Of a stretch of DNA of 64,000 nt, positions 51,619 to 61,325 are shown one piece after another. The DNA comes from an uncultured Ectothiorhodospiraceae bacterium (GTDB taxonomy: Bacteria > Pseudomonadota > Gammaproteobacteria > CAYFWJ01): assembly GCA_964346755.1 (NCBI GenBank), contig CAYFWJ010000001.1, positions 12,046 to 76,045 of the forward strand, written 5' to 3'. The stretch's first letter is position 1, and each line of letters opens with the position of its first letter. Position numbers and translations under genes: made by a program. The notes beneath the pieces were generated by a model. That model was not told the DNA's origin and made no database searches. It saw nothing but the letters and a program-made list of their open reading frames with translations.

Positions 51619-52800
51619 ATGGACCGCGACAAGGCCATACGCTTCATGCAAGATCTCATGCGCCTGATGGTGCAACGCGACGCCTCGGATCTGTTCATCA
51701 CCGCCGGTTTGCCCCCGGCGCTCAAGATGGACGGCAAAGTCCAACCCATCGCTGGGCAGTCTTTGACGGGGTCGCACACCCAGACGCTGGCCCGGGCCAT
51801 CATGAACGACAAGCAGTCTGCGGAATTCGATCGGACGCAAGAGTCGAACTTTTCCATCGCCCTACCCGGGCAAGCCCGGTTCCGGGTCAATGTCTTTGTC
51901 CAGCGAGGCAACGTCGGGCTCGTGCTTCGCGTCATCAAGGCGACCATCCCCTCCCTCGAAGAATTGGGCTTGCCTCGCATCCTCAAGGACCTCAGCTTGA
52001 AGAAGCGCGGCCTGATCCTCTTCGTTGGGGGCACGGGATCGGGCAAGTCCACCTCCATGGCGGCCATGGTTGACTACCGCAACCAGCACAGTTACGGCCA
52101 CATCATCACCATCGAGGATCCGGTCGAGTTCGTCCACGAGCACAAGAATTGCGTCGTCACCCAGCGCGAGGTGGGGCTCGACACCGAGTCCTATGGCATT
52201 GCCCTCAAGAACACCCTGCGCCAAGCCCCGGATGTCATCCTCGTCGGTGAGATCCGGGATCGCGAGGCCATGGAGCACGCCATCACCTTCGCCGAGACCG
52301 GCCATCTTTGCATTTCGACGCTCCACGCCAACAGCACCAACCAGGCCATGGACCGGATCATCAACTTCTTTCCTGAGGAGCGCCGGGCCCAGCTGCTCAT
52401 GGATCTGTCCTTCAATCTGCAGGGGTTCGTCTCGCAACGCCTTATTCCCCATAGTGAGGGGATCGGGCGGGCCCCCGCCGTGGAGATCCTCGTCAACACG
52501 CCGTTGATGGCGGATCTCATCTTCAAGGGTGAGGTGCACGAGATGAAGGATCTGATGAGCCGCTCGCGGGAATTCGGCATGCAGACCTTCGATCAGGCCC
52601 TGTTCGATCTGTACGAGGCCGGCGATATCTCCTACGAGGACGCCCTGCGTAACGCCGATTCCGTCAACGACCTGCGCCTGCGCATCAAGCTGGAGAGCCG
52701 GCGGAACGAAGACAACGACGCTGAGGCGCCGAGTCTGCAGATCGAGAAGCCCGCGACCGAGGAGACGAGCACCGGGCCCTCCAGTGGCATGTTGCGCTGA
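51619..52800 (+). CDS. pilU: Type IV pilus retraction ATPase PilU
   Basis: 393 aa; PilU-like (DLFITAGLPP.LKMDG; GGTGSGKSTS; C-terminal extension typical of PilU). Confidence 0.85.
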   Translation: MDRDKAIRFMQDLMRLMVQRDASDLFITAGLPPALKMDGKVQPIAGQSLTGSHTQTLARAIMNDKQSAEFDRTQESNFSIALPGQARFRVNVFVQRGNVGLVLRVIKATIPSLEELGLPRILKDLSLKKRGLILFVGGTGSGKSTSMAAMVDYRNQHSYGHIITIEDPVEFVHEHKNCVVTQREVGLDTESYGIALKNTLRQAPDVILVGEIRDREAMEHAITFAETGHLCISTLHANSTNQAMDRIINFFPEERRAQLLMDLSFNLQGFVSQRLIPHSEGIGRAPAVEILVNTPLMADLIFKGEVHEMKDLMSRSREFGMQTFDQALFDLYEAGDISYEDALRNADSVNDLRLRIKLESRRNEDNDAEAPSLQIEKPATEETSTGPSSGMLR

Positions 52801-52860
52801 TCGCTCGGATCCAACGCGGATGCATGACGAGTTGACCCCGATAGGCAAGGCGCGCTGACA

Positions 52861-53982
52861 ATGAATATCGATCGCTATCTCCGCCTGATGGCCGAACGCA
52901 ATGTCTCCGACCTGTTCTTTACCACCGGTGCCCCGATCAGCATGAAGGTCGAGGGGACCATCCGCCCGGTCGGGTCCAAAACCCTACCGCCGGGGACGAC
53001 CGAACAGATCGCCAACGAGCTCATGGATGAGAAACAACAGGCGGAGTTCCAAGAGATCAAGGAGATGAACCTCGGGCGCTCCTTAGAGGGGGCCGGGCGT
53101 TTCCGGATCAACATCTTCCGGCAGCGTGGTGAGGTCGGGATCGTCGTGCGCTTTATCCGCAGCGAGATCCCGAGCATCGATCGGCTGATGCTGCCGAACG
53201 TTCTCAAGGATCTCGTGATGGAGCAGATGGGATTGGTCTTGGTCGTGGGCGCGACTGGTTCTGGGAAATCGACTTCGCTCGCCTCCATGCTGGACTACCG
53301 CAACCAGCGACACACCTCTCATATCCTCACCATCGAGGATCCCATCGAGTTCGTCTTCCAGCACAAGAAATCGATTGTGGACCAGCGCGAGGTGGGCATG
53401 GATACCCTGTCCTATGGCAACGCGCTCAAGGAGGCCATGCGCGAGGCCCCGGACGTCATCATGATCGGCGAGATCCGTGACCGGGCCAACATGGAACATG
53501 CCATGACGTATGCGGATACCGGTCACTTGTGTTTGTCGACCTTGCACGCGAACAACGCCCATCAGGCCCTCGAGCGGGTCCTCAACTTCTTCCCGACGGA
53601 TATCATCCGCCAGCGGCGCATGGAGCTCTCGCTGACCCTCAAAGCGATCATCTCCCAACGGCTGGTGCTTACGCCCAAGGGGCGCCGGATACCCGCCGTT
53701 GAGATCATGGTCAACTCACCCTTCATCGCCGAGTTGATCCACAAAGGTGAGGTGAGCGGGATCAAGGAGGTGATCGCCAAAAGCGCGAGTCTCGGGATGC
53801 AGACCTTCGATCAATCCCTGTATCGGCTCTATCAGGACAACGAGATCGACCGTGAAACGGCGTTGAACCACGCCGACTCCCGGGCCGATCTGGAATGGCA
53901 GATGAACTTTGGTGGGGACGTGCAGCAATCCGCGAATGCGACGCCGGATACGATTGACTTCCAAAGCCCGTTTCAGGAGTGA
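52861..53982 (+). CDS. Third tandem PilT/PilU-family ATPase (PilU-like paralog)
   Basis: 373 aa; MNIDRYLRLMAERNVSDLFFTTGAPISMKVEG, Walker A GATGSGKSTS, His/Asp boxes conserved; most similar in organisation to PilU. Confidence 0.8.
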   Translation: MNIDRYLRLMAERNVSDLFFTTGAPISMKVEGTIRPVGSKTLPPGTTEQIANELMDEKQQAEFQEIKEMNLGRSLEGAGRFRINIFRQRGEVGIVVRFIRSEIPSIDRLMLPNVLKDLVMEQMGLVLVVGATGSGKSTSLASMLDYRNQRHTSHILTIEDPIEFVFQHKKSIVDQREVGMDTLSYGNALKEAMREAPDVIMIGEIRDRANMEHAMTYADTGHLCLSTLHANNAHQALERVLNFFPTDIIRQRRMELSLTLKAIISQRLVLTPKGRRIPAVEIMVNSPFIAELIHKGEVSGIKEVIAKSASLGMQTFDQSLYRLYQDNEIDRETALNHADSRADLEWQMNFGGDVQQSANATPDTIDFQSPFQE

Positions 53983-54527
53983 TCCGTGACCGAGTGCCCG
54001 CCTTCCCGGGACGAGGGGGTTGGGACATGGCTTATCCGATCCATGAGGGCAAGGAGCACGCCGGAGACGACGAAGGCCATGTGGATGCCCACCTTCCAGG
54101 CGAGTTCGGCGTTGGTATAGTCGGCCATGTTCACGAAGGCCTTGAGGAGCTCGATCCCGGAGATGGCGACGATAGAGGCGATCAATTTGATCTTCAGCCC
54201 GGCGTAGTCCACCTTCCCCATCCAGCTCGGACGGTCCTCGTGGTCGGCCGTGTCGATCTTGGACACGAAATTCTCGTAACCGCTGAAGATCACCATCAGT
54301 AGGAGATTCGCGACCAGCGAGAGGTCCACGAGGGTCAAGACGGCCAGTATGATCTCCTTCTCGGAGTAGGCGAAGGTGTTGGGGATGAGCCCGACCAGGG
54401 CCTGGCCAAATTTCATGAGCAACACGAGTAGCGAGAGGACCAGACCGAGGTAGAACGGGGCCAGCAACCACCGGCTCCGAAAGATAAAGGACTCGAGCTG
54501 GCGTTCGATCGTTTTCGGTTTTAGCAT
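53973..54527 (-). CDS. yqhA: UPF0114 / YqhA family inner-membrane protein
   Basis: Aligns with E. coli YqhA (SRWLLAPFYLGL...VMFSGYENFVS...ASIVAISGIELL); internal ATG at 54527 gives ~184 aa. The track ORF is N-extended. Confidence 0.75.
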   Translation of the reverse strand: MLKPKTIERQLESFIFRSRWLLAPFYLGLVLSLLVLLMKFGQALVGLIPNTFAYSEKEIILAVLTLVDLSLVANLLLMVIFSGYENFVSKIDTADHEDRPSWMGKVDYAGLKIKLIASIVAISGIELLKAFVNMADYTNAELAWKVGIHMAFVVSGVLLALMDRISHVPTPSSREGGHSVTDHS

Positions 54528-54842
54528 ATCGGGAACTCGATAACGATGACCGGCCGGATCGGCGGGCGTGAACCGGCCGGCGGTCGGATGGGGAAGCGCC
54601 TCGGCCCCGAGGGGCGGGGCGCCCGTGGGGGTCATGGCGACACCCCGCGCGCCGGTTCCGTTCCTCGATCGGCCGGTCACGGCGGCCTGTGCGTGTGACT
54701 GGCTCGTCGATGGGCTTCGATTCCTTATCCCGCGCTGCGGAGGTGTCCCGCGCAGGATAACGCGATATGCCACCGCGTGCGCGCTGGCTCCGCCGTCACG
54801 CGACGGATCCGTCTTACCGACGCCCAGGCGGCCCCGAGGTCT

Positions 54843-55448
54843 ATGGCACATCCGCCGTCCCATTCGTCCCTGCCCGATCCCGAGGGCCTGCGTGCCGATC
54901 TGACCTTCGTCTCGGAGGTTCGCGGTGTGCGCTTGGAGATGCAAAGCACCTGGGGGCTATTCTCCCCCCGAGGCTTGGATGCCGGCACGCAACTCCTGCT
55001 CGAGCACATCCCGCTCGTGAGCGATGCCCGGTGTCTCGATCTCGGGTGCGGCCACGGTGTGCTCGGACTGACCCTCGCCGAACTTGCCCCGCAGGGACAC
55101 ACCACCCTGGTCGATCGGGATTTCCTGGCCATTGATTACAGCCGCCGCAACGCCGAAGCCAACGGGATTACCAACTGTACCGTCGCCCTGAGCAATGGCT
55201 TGAGCCACATCCGCGCGCAACGCTTTGACGTGATTGCCTCCAACCTACCGGCCAAGGTCGGCAACGAGCTTCTCTACCTGTTTTTCTTCGACGCCTATAC
55301 CCAGCTCGTCTCCGGGGGGACACTCACCGTGGTCACCATCTCCGGGTTACGACGCTTCGTGGAACGGGGCTTTCAGGGCGTCTTCGGCAACTACACGAAA
55401 CTCAAGCAGGGCCGGGAACACACCGTGGCCCTCGCCTACAAGCCCTAA
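54843..55448 (+). CDS. Class I SAM-dependent methyltransferase (small-domain rRNA m2G-methyltransferase-like, RsmC/RsmD-type)
   Basis: Motif I LDLGCGHGVLG, NGI motif ANGITN, DVIASNLP (NPPF-like), ~200 aa. Confidence 0.6.
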   Translation: MAHPPSHSSLPDPEGLRADLTFVSEVRGVRLEMQSTWGLFSPRGLDAGTQLLLEHIPLVSDARCLDLGCGHGVLGLTLAELAPQGHTTLVDRDFLAIDYSRRNAEANGITNCTVALSNGLSHIRAQRFDVIASNLPAKVGNELLYLFFFDAYTQLVSGGTLTVVTISGLRRFVERGFQGVFGNYTKLKQGREHTVALAYKP

Positions 55449-55484
55449 ATGAGATCGGCGCCGGGAACTCGGCCCAGCCTGAGC

Positions 55485-56624
55485 TCAAACCCCATGCGGA
55501 TCCAGGGCCCGGCGCAATGACTCGGCCTCGCTTCGGGCGGCGTCGACGGTGTCGGCCAGGACGGTGACATGACCCATCTTTCGCCCCGGTTCCGGCGTGT
55601 GTTTGCCGTAGAGGTGCAGGGCGGCCCGCGGATGGCGCAAGACCGGTCCCCAGTCGGGGCCCCCCTGGGCCCAGAGATCGCCGAGCAGGTTGATCATGGC
55701 GGCCGGCGTGTGGCAATGGACAACGGCGGGGGGGAGATCGCACAACACCCGCAGTTGTTGTTCGAATTGCGAGGCGCGGCAGGCGTCGAGTGTGTAATGC
55801 CCGCTGTTGTGGGGGCGCGGAGCGATCTCGTTGACCAGCAATTCACCGGTCTCCGTGAGGAAGAATTCCACGGCCAGGACCCCGACGTAATCCAATGCGG
55901 CGGCAAGTCGCCGGGCGATGCGTTGGGCTTGGTCCCGGCGTTCCGGGGTGAGCCGGGCCGGTACCAGACTCATGGACAGGATGCCGCGTTCGTGGAGGTT
56001 TTCGGCAACCGGGTAGGTCAGGTCGCTGCCATCCGCGTGGCGCACCACGAGTACCGAGATTTCCTGGGTCAGGGCGAGCTTTTCTTCGAGGAGACAGGGG
56101 GTTGAATCCGCCTCGTGAAAGGCCTGCGCGAGACTTGCCTCATCCGTGCACACCCATTGGCCCTTGCCGTCGTATCCGAGTGCCGCGCGTTTCAGGATCG
56201 TGGTCGGTGCCACCGCAGTGCCGGCCCCGATCAAGTCCTCGGGGGATCGGATGGGGCGATGCCGCGGGGTCGGGAGTCCCTGCTCGTCCAGGAAGGCCTT
56301 TTCCCGAATGCGATCCTGAGCGACCCGCACCGCCGCCGCAGCGGGCCGGACCGGCCCGTAGGACGCCAGGTATTCGAGGGCTGTGGCCGGCACATTCTCG
56401 AATTCCGTGGTAAAGGCCGCGGCTTGCTCGCCGAGGGTTCGCCAGGCCGACCGGTCGGTGTACTCGGCGCAAAGATGACGATCGGCGATCTGGGCCGCGG
56501 GGCTCTCCGGTTTCGGATCCAGAACGATGACACGATAGCCCCGTTGACGGGCGATCAGCGTGAAGTAGCGTCCGAGCTGGCCACCGCCGAGGATGCCGAG
56601 GGTCTGCCCGGGTTGGATCATCAT
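55485..56624 (-). CDS. purK: N5-carboxyaminoimidazole ribonucleotide synthase
   Basis: ATP-grasp; N-terminal LGILGGGQLGR; 379 aa; overlaps purE. Confidence 0.9.
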   Translation of the reverse strand: MMIQPGQTLGILGGGQLGRYFTLIARQRGYRVIVLDPKPESPAAQIADRHLCAEYTDRSAWRTLGEQAAAFTTEFENVPATALEYLASYGPVRPAAAAVRVAQDRIREKAFLDEQGLPTPRHRPIRSPEDLIGAGTAVAPTTILKRAALGYDGKGQWVCTDEASLAQAFHEADSTPCLLEEKLALTQEISVLVVRHADGSDLTYPVAENLHERGILSMSLVPARLTPERRDQAQRIARRLAAALDYVGVLAVEFFLTETGELLVNEIAPRPHNSGHYTLDACRASQFEQQLRVLCDLPPAVVHCHTPAAMINLLGDLWAQGGPDWGPVLRHPRAALHLYGKHTPEPGRKMGHVTVLADTVDAARSEAESLRRALDPHGV

Positions 56625-57172
56625 GTCGGCGGGACTCGCATCTGACGGACCCGGTCGGCCTGCGCCTCCCGAAATGCCTCCAAACGCCCACGCAGGGCCT
56701 CGTCGGTTCCGGCCAGCGCGGCCACGGCGAACAGTGCCGCATTGCCCGCCCCCCCCGAGCCGATGGCGAAGGTCGCAACCGGTACCCCCCGTGGCATTTG
56801 CACGATCGAATACAACGAATCCTGTCCGTTGAGGTGGGTCGTCGGGACGGGTACGCCGAGGACCGGTACCCAGGTGAGGGCCGCCATCATCCCGGGGAGG
56901 TGCGCGGCCCCGCCAGCCCCCGCGATGATGAAGCGCAGGCCTCGCGGGCCGGCGGTGCGGCCATACTCCCAGAGCCGATCCGGGGTCCGGTGGGCGGAGA
57001 CGACGCGGGTCTCGTAGGGTACGTCGAAGTGCTCAAGGCGCGTGGCGGCGGCCTCCATAACGGACCAATCGCTGTCGCTGCCCATCACGATGCCGATGCG
57101 GGGAGCGGGTTCCAAGGCTATCCTCCTCGTACCAAATCCGGGATTATCGGGCCGATGTCGGACCCGAGACAA
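56621..57172 (-). CDS. purE: N5-carboxyaminoimidazole ribonucleotide mutase
   Basis: IGIVMGSDSDW…AGGAAHLPGM signature; start codon uncertain (probably internal, near LEPAPRIG). Confidence 0.85.
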   Translation of the reverse strand: MSRVRHRPDNPGFGTRRIALEPAPRIGIVMGSDSDWSVMEAAATRLEHFDVPYETRVVSAHRTPDRLWEYGRTAGPRGLRFIIAGAGGAAHLPGMMAALTWVPVLGVPVPTTHLNGQDSLYSIVQMPRGVPVATFAIGSGGAGNAALFAVAALAGTDEALRGRLEAFREAQADRVRQMRVPPT

Positions 57173-57311
57173 GCGGTTGTGCCTGAGCGCTCGGCGTGGC
57201 GGATTGACGCCCGGCCTGCCTAGGTCGAGTGACCCAAGGTCTGTAAAATAACCGATCGTTGGATGGTTTGTGCACTCAGGCGACCCGTTTCGCCGGCGAC
57301 GGACAGGGGGT

Positions 57312-58610
57312 AGTGTGGATCAGATTCTTCTCGTCGATGATAGCCGTGTCCTCGGGGCGTCTATCAAGGATAAGGTCGAGCGTCGGCTCGGTTTACGTGT
57401 GCGCTGGGCACCGACCTTTACCGAAGGTCAGGCGCTTATCGAGTCGGATCCCAACCGATTCTTCGTTGCGTTGTTGGATCTCAATCTCCCCGATGCCCCG
57501 CGTGGGGCCATCGTCGACGTCGCCCTGCACTACCGCATCCCATCGATCGTCTTCAGTGCCGAGCTCAGTGAACGGATGCGGCAGAATCTATTGCGGCGGC
57601 GGATCATCGACTTCATCGCCAAGGAAAATCCCCAGAACATTGAATACGCCATCGGCCTGGTGCAGCGCATCTACCGCAATCGTTGGCTGAAGGTCCTGGT
57701 GGCGGACGACTCCTGGACGGCCCGCAACTGGCTCTATGATCTGGTCAAGGTCCATCAGTACCGGGTCATCGACGCCTCGGACGGCGTGGAGGCCCTGCGG
57801 GTCCTCCACCGCCACCCGGATATCCGGTTGGTTATTACGGACTTCTACATGCCCCGCATGGACGGCTTCGAGCTCACCGCGCGGATCCGCTCGGAGTTCC
57901 ATAAAGAAGAGCTGGCGATCATCGGCCTGTCTTCGTACGGGGACCGGGCGCTAGCGACCCGATTCATCAAGAACGGGGCCAATGACTTCATCAACAAGCC
58001 CATCATGCCCGAGGAGCTCTACACCCGACTCACCCAGAACATCGAACGGATCGAATACATCCACACGATCCGTGAGGCATCACACCGCGACTACCTGACC
58101 GGGATCTACAATCGCCGTTATTTCTTCGAGACCGGTCACAAGCTCTACGCGAGCGCCCGCCGGGGGCACCTCAATCTAGCCCTGGCGATGATCGATCTGG
58201 ATCGGTTCAAGTCGGTGAATGATCGCTATGGTCATGAGGCGGGGGATATCGTGCTGGCCGCGGTCGCCCGTCGATTGACCAGTCAGCTCCGCGAGGCGGA
58301 TCTGGTGGCGCGCCTGGGCGGCGAGGAGTTCGCCGTTCTGACGGTCAACATGGATCCGGGCTATCTCATCGACAAGTTTGAGTTGATCCGCAATGACATC
58401 GCCGCCGAGCCGATCACCATCCCGGGACACGATCTCTTCGTGACCGTGAGCGTCGGCCTGTGCGACGAACTCGCCGATTCCCTGAGCGGCATGGTCAATG
58501 CCGCGGACCGCAATCTCTATACGGCCAAGGCGTGGGGGCGGAATCAGGTGGTCGGACCGGCGTCGGAGTCCATCGATGGCTCCAGTGCGGCTGGGGACGG
58601 TCACGGGTGA
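57312..58610 (+). CDS. Response regulator with tandem receiver domains and GGDEF (GGEEF) diguanylate cyclase domain (PleD-like), with RxxD I-site
   Basis: REC1 (LLVDDS...LLDLNLPD), REC2 (VLVADDS...VITDFYMPRMDG), GGDEF with RLGGEEF active site and READ five residues upstream. Probable GTG start at 57312 preceded by a GGGGG SD-like run; the track start at 57270 adds 14 aa. Confidence 0.8.
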   Translation, partial: SVDQILLVDDSRVLGASIKDKVERRLGLRVRWAPTFTEGQALIESDPNRFFVALLDLNLPDAPRGAIVDVALHYRIPSIVFSAELSERMRQNLLRRRIIDFIAKENPQNIEYAIGLVQRIYRNRWLKVLVADDSWTARNWLYDLVKVHQYRVIDASDGVEALRVLHRHPDIRLVITDFYMPRMDGFELTARIRSEFHKEELAIIGLSSYGDRALATRFIKNGANDFINKPIMPEELYTRLTQNIERIEYIHTIREASHRDYLTGIYNRRYFFETGHKLYASARRGHLNLALAMIDLDRFKSVNDRYGHEAGDIVLAAVARRLTSQLREADLVARLGGEEFAVLTVNMDPGYLIDKFELIRNDIAAEPITIPGHDLFVTVSVGLCDELADSLSGMVNAADRNLYTAKAWGRNQVVGPASESIDGSSAAGDGHG

Positions 58611-58642
58611 TGGCATCAGCATCAGCGGATCGAGCCCGAGGC

Positions 58643-59863
58643 CTAGCTTGGTCGGCCAAAAGGCATGGCCTTTCGAGGCGGCCCGATCGAGCCGTCGCGT
58701 CCCTCGGCGGCGGCAATGGCTTCCAATGCCTCCAAGAGGGTGTCCACCTGGGCCTCCGTATGCGCGGCAGATAGGGTGATCCGTAACCGGGCCTGTCCGG
58801 CGGGGACGGTGGGCGGACGGATCGCGGGAACCCACAAGCCCCGCTGCTCGAGGGCCTCGCTCCAGGCCAAGGCCCGCTCGCTTGCGCCGAGTAGAACGGG
58901 CTGGATGGCTGTGTCCGAAGCCAGCCGGGTTAGGCCGAGCCGTTCGGCCCCGAGGCGCCACCGGGCGATGAGTCGGTGCAGATGGGCTCGACGTTCCGGT
59001 TCCTCCTGCAGTACGGCCAGGGCCTCGATCGTCGCTGCGGCGAGCGCCGGCGGCGGGGCCGTCGTATAGATATACGGCCGCGCGTGCTGCATGATGAAGT
59101 CGATGACGTCGTCGGGTCCGGTGACGACCGCCCCGAAGGTCCCCAGGGCCTTGCCCAGGGTCACGATCAGCACCGGGACCTCGTCCTCGGTGAGCTCCGA
59201 TTCCGCAACCACGCCCCGACCGTTGGGGCCGAGCACACCGAGGCCGTGGGCATCATCCACCACCAACCACGCCGCATGGGCCTGTGCCGTTCGAGCGAGG
59301 GCCGATAAGGGGGCGCGATCCCCGTCCATGCTGAATACGCCATCACTGGCGACCAGGCGGCGACCTCGCCCGAGGCGTGTCAGTCGGCTCTCGAGGGCCG
59401 TCGCATCCCCGTGGGCGTAGCGCCACTGTCGAGCCCCGGTCAATCGGCCCGCATCCAGCAGCGAGGCGTGGTTGAGACGATCTTGGAAGAGGCTATCGGC
59501 GCGGCCGAGCAGCGCCGTGAGAACCCCTAGGTTGGCCATGTAACCGGTCCCGAAGAGCACGGCACGCTGGCGGCCCAGGAATTCGGCCAATGCCGACTCG
59601 AGCTCGTCGTGGGCCCGATGATGGCCGTTGATGAGTTGCGAGGCCCCGGCCCCAACCCCGTAGGCATCGGCACCCTGTTGAAGGGCCGCCACCACCCGCG
59701 GGTGGGCGGCGAGCCCCAGGTAATCATTGCTGCAGAAGGCCAGGCGGGTCTGGCCGTCGACGCGCTGGTCGGGGCGATGGGCGCCGTCGACGGCGTGTCG
59801 GGTCCGGTAGAGCCCCGCCTCGGCGCGCGCCCGAAGGGCCGGGCGTAGGTCCTCGCGGCTCAT
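58643..59863 (-). CDS. bioF: 8-amino-7-oxononanoate synthase
   Basis: PLP-dependent AOS family (SNDYLGL, DDAHG, TLGKALG lysine motif); internal start MSREDL overlaps the bioB stop. Confidence 0.85.
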   Translation of the reverse strand: MSREDLRPALRARAEAGLYRTRHAVDGAHRPDQRVDGQTRLAFCSNDYLGLAAHPRVVAALQQGADAYGVGAGASQLINGHHRAHDELESALAEFLGRQRAVLFGTGYMANLGVLTALLGRADSLFQDRLNHASLLDAGRLTGARQWRYAHGDATALESRLTRLGRGRRLVASDGVFSMDGDRAPLSALARTAQAHAAWLVVDDAHGLGVLGPNGRGVVAESELTEDEVPVLIVTLGKALGTFGAVVTGPDDVIDFIMQHARPYIYTTAPPPALAAATIEALAVLQEEPERRAHLHRLIARWRLGAERLGLTRLASDTAIQPVLLGASERALAWSEALEQRGLWVPAIRPPTVPAGQARLRITLSAAHTEAQVDTLLEALEAIAAAEGRDGSIGPPRKAMPFGRPS

Positions 59864-60867
59864 CCTGAGGCGGCGACGGCGCCGTCGTCCGGGGTTTCTT
59901 CCGGGGCCATGCCGAGGCGTCCCAGTAGTTGGTGATCGTGGTCGTCGCCCGGGTTGTTCGTGGTCAACAATCGATCGCCATAAAACAAGCTGTTGGCCCC
60001 GGCGATGAGGCACAGGGCTTGGGTCGCATCGTCCATGTCGGTTCGTCCCGCCGCCAGGCGCACATAGGAACCCGGCATCAGGAGGCGAGCCGTGGCCACG
60101 ACCCGGACCAGTTCCAGGGGATCCAGGGCCTCGGTCCCGTACAGAGGCGTCCCCGGTACCTGCACCAGGAGGTTGATCGGGACGCTCTCGGGATGGCGGG
60201 GCAGGTTTGCCAGCTGCTCCAATAGCCCCGCGCGGTCCGAACGGGATTCACCCATCCCAAGAATGCCGCCACTGCAGACATGGATGCCGACGTCGCGGAC
60301 GTGTGCCAGGGTCTCGAGGCGTTCCGCGTAGGTCCGGGTCGTGATGACGTGCCCGTAGAACTCCGGCGAGGTATCCAGGTTGTGGTTGTAGTAGTCCAGG
60401 CCCGCCGTCCGCAGGCGCTCGGCCTGAGCAGCCGTCAGCATGCCCATGGTCAGGCAGGTCTCGAGCCCGAGCCCACGCACCGCCTCGACCATGGCTGCCA
60501 CGTGTTCCACATTGCGGTCGGTCGGTTGCCGCCAGGCCGCTCCCATGCAGAAGCGTGTCGCGCCTTGATCCCGCGCGGCCCGGGCGGCGTTTGTCACCTC
60601 GTCGAGGGGCAACAGGCGTTCCGGCTCCAGGTCCGTGGCGTGGTGGGCGCTCTGGGGGCAGTAGCCACAATCCTCCGGACACGCACCGGTCTTGATCGAC
60701 AGCAAACGACTCATTTGTACGCGGTTAGGATCGAAGTAGCGGCGATGCATCCGTTGCGCCCCGTAGATCAGGTCGCTCAGGGGCTGATCGAGCAGCGCGA
60801 GGATCTCGTCTCGCTGCCAGTCGTGGCGAAGTGTCTCCGGCTCGGGGATCACCGGGGTTAGGCTCAT
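59860..60867 (-). CDS. bioB: Biotin synthase (radical SAM)
   Basis: CxxxCxxC radical-SAM motif [10 protein letters not shown]; 335 aa. Confidence 0.92.
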   Translation of the reverse strand: MSLTPVIPEPETLRHDWQRDEILALLDQPLSDLIYGAQRMHRRYFDPNRVQMSRLLSIKTGACPEDCGYCPQSAHHATDLEPERLLPLDEVTNAARAARDQGATRFCMGAAWRQPTDRNVEHVAAMVEAVRGLGLETCLTMGMLTAAQAERLRTAGLDYYNHNLDTSPEFYGHVITTRTYAERLETLAHVRDVGIHVCSGGILGMGESRSDRAGLLEQLANLPRHPESVPINLLVQVPGTPLYGTEALDPLELVRVVATARLLMPGSYVRLAAGRTDMDDATQALCLIAGANSLFYGDRLLTTNNPGDDHDHQLLGRLGMAPEETPDDGAVAASG

Positions 60868-61283
60868 GGATGTACCTCCTGGCCCTTCGTGAAGGAGACG
60901 TCGTCCCAGGTATCCCGTCGGATCGTGATCAGATCCCAGACGGACAGCGGCAACAGGATGGCGAGTCCGATCGCCCAGGTCACGAGATAATAGGTCAGCT
61001 CCACTGGGAAGGCGGTAGCTGCGACCACGAATACCCCCATGACGCCGTAGAAGCGCGTCGCACCCCGTTGCATGTAGCGGGCGACTTTCGGGTTGGGATG
61101 ATGACGATTCATGGCGTAGATCACCATCGAAGCACCGAACCAGAAGATGAGCAACGGGAACGGGATCAGGATGGCGACGATGTTCCCGTAGTGGAACAGC
61201 GAGGCGGCGAATCGGGCGGAGCGTCCGGAGACGACCCCTTCATCGCTACCCGCGCTAGGCGGTGGTGTCGGCTCTTGGGCCAT
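60864..61283 (-). CDS. Small integral membrane protein (3 predicted TM helices), function unknown
   Basis: About 139 aa from the internal ATG (MAQEPTPPP...); hydrophobic segments [25 protein letters not shown] and [36 protein letters not shown]; 4-nt overlap with the bioB start; the antisense plus-strand frame is D/E/R-rich low complexity. Confidence 0.45.
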   Translation of the reverse strand: MAQEPTPPPSAGSDEGVVSGRSARFAASLFHYGNIVAILIPFPLLIFWFGASMVIYAMNRHHPNPKVARYMQRGATRFYGVMGVFVVAATAFPVELTYYLVTWAIGLAILLPLSVWDLITIRRDTWDDVSFTKGQEVHP

Positions 61284-61325
61284 GTGGAACGTGTCCTCCC
61301 GCAGGCTGAATCGGTTCACCCGGAG

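Noticed and set aside
57259-57690. 143-aa ORF in an alternative frame at the 5' end of the GGDEF regulator
   Set aside because: Same strand, different frame from a gene with clear REC-domain motifs; composition is Ser/Pro/Arg-rich; spurious
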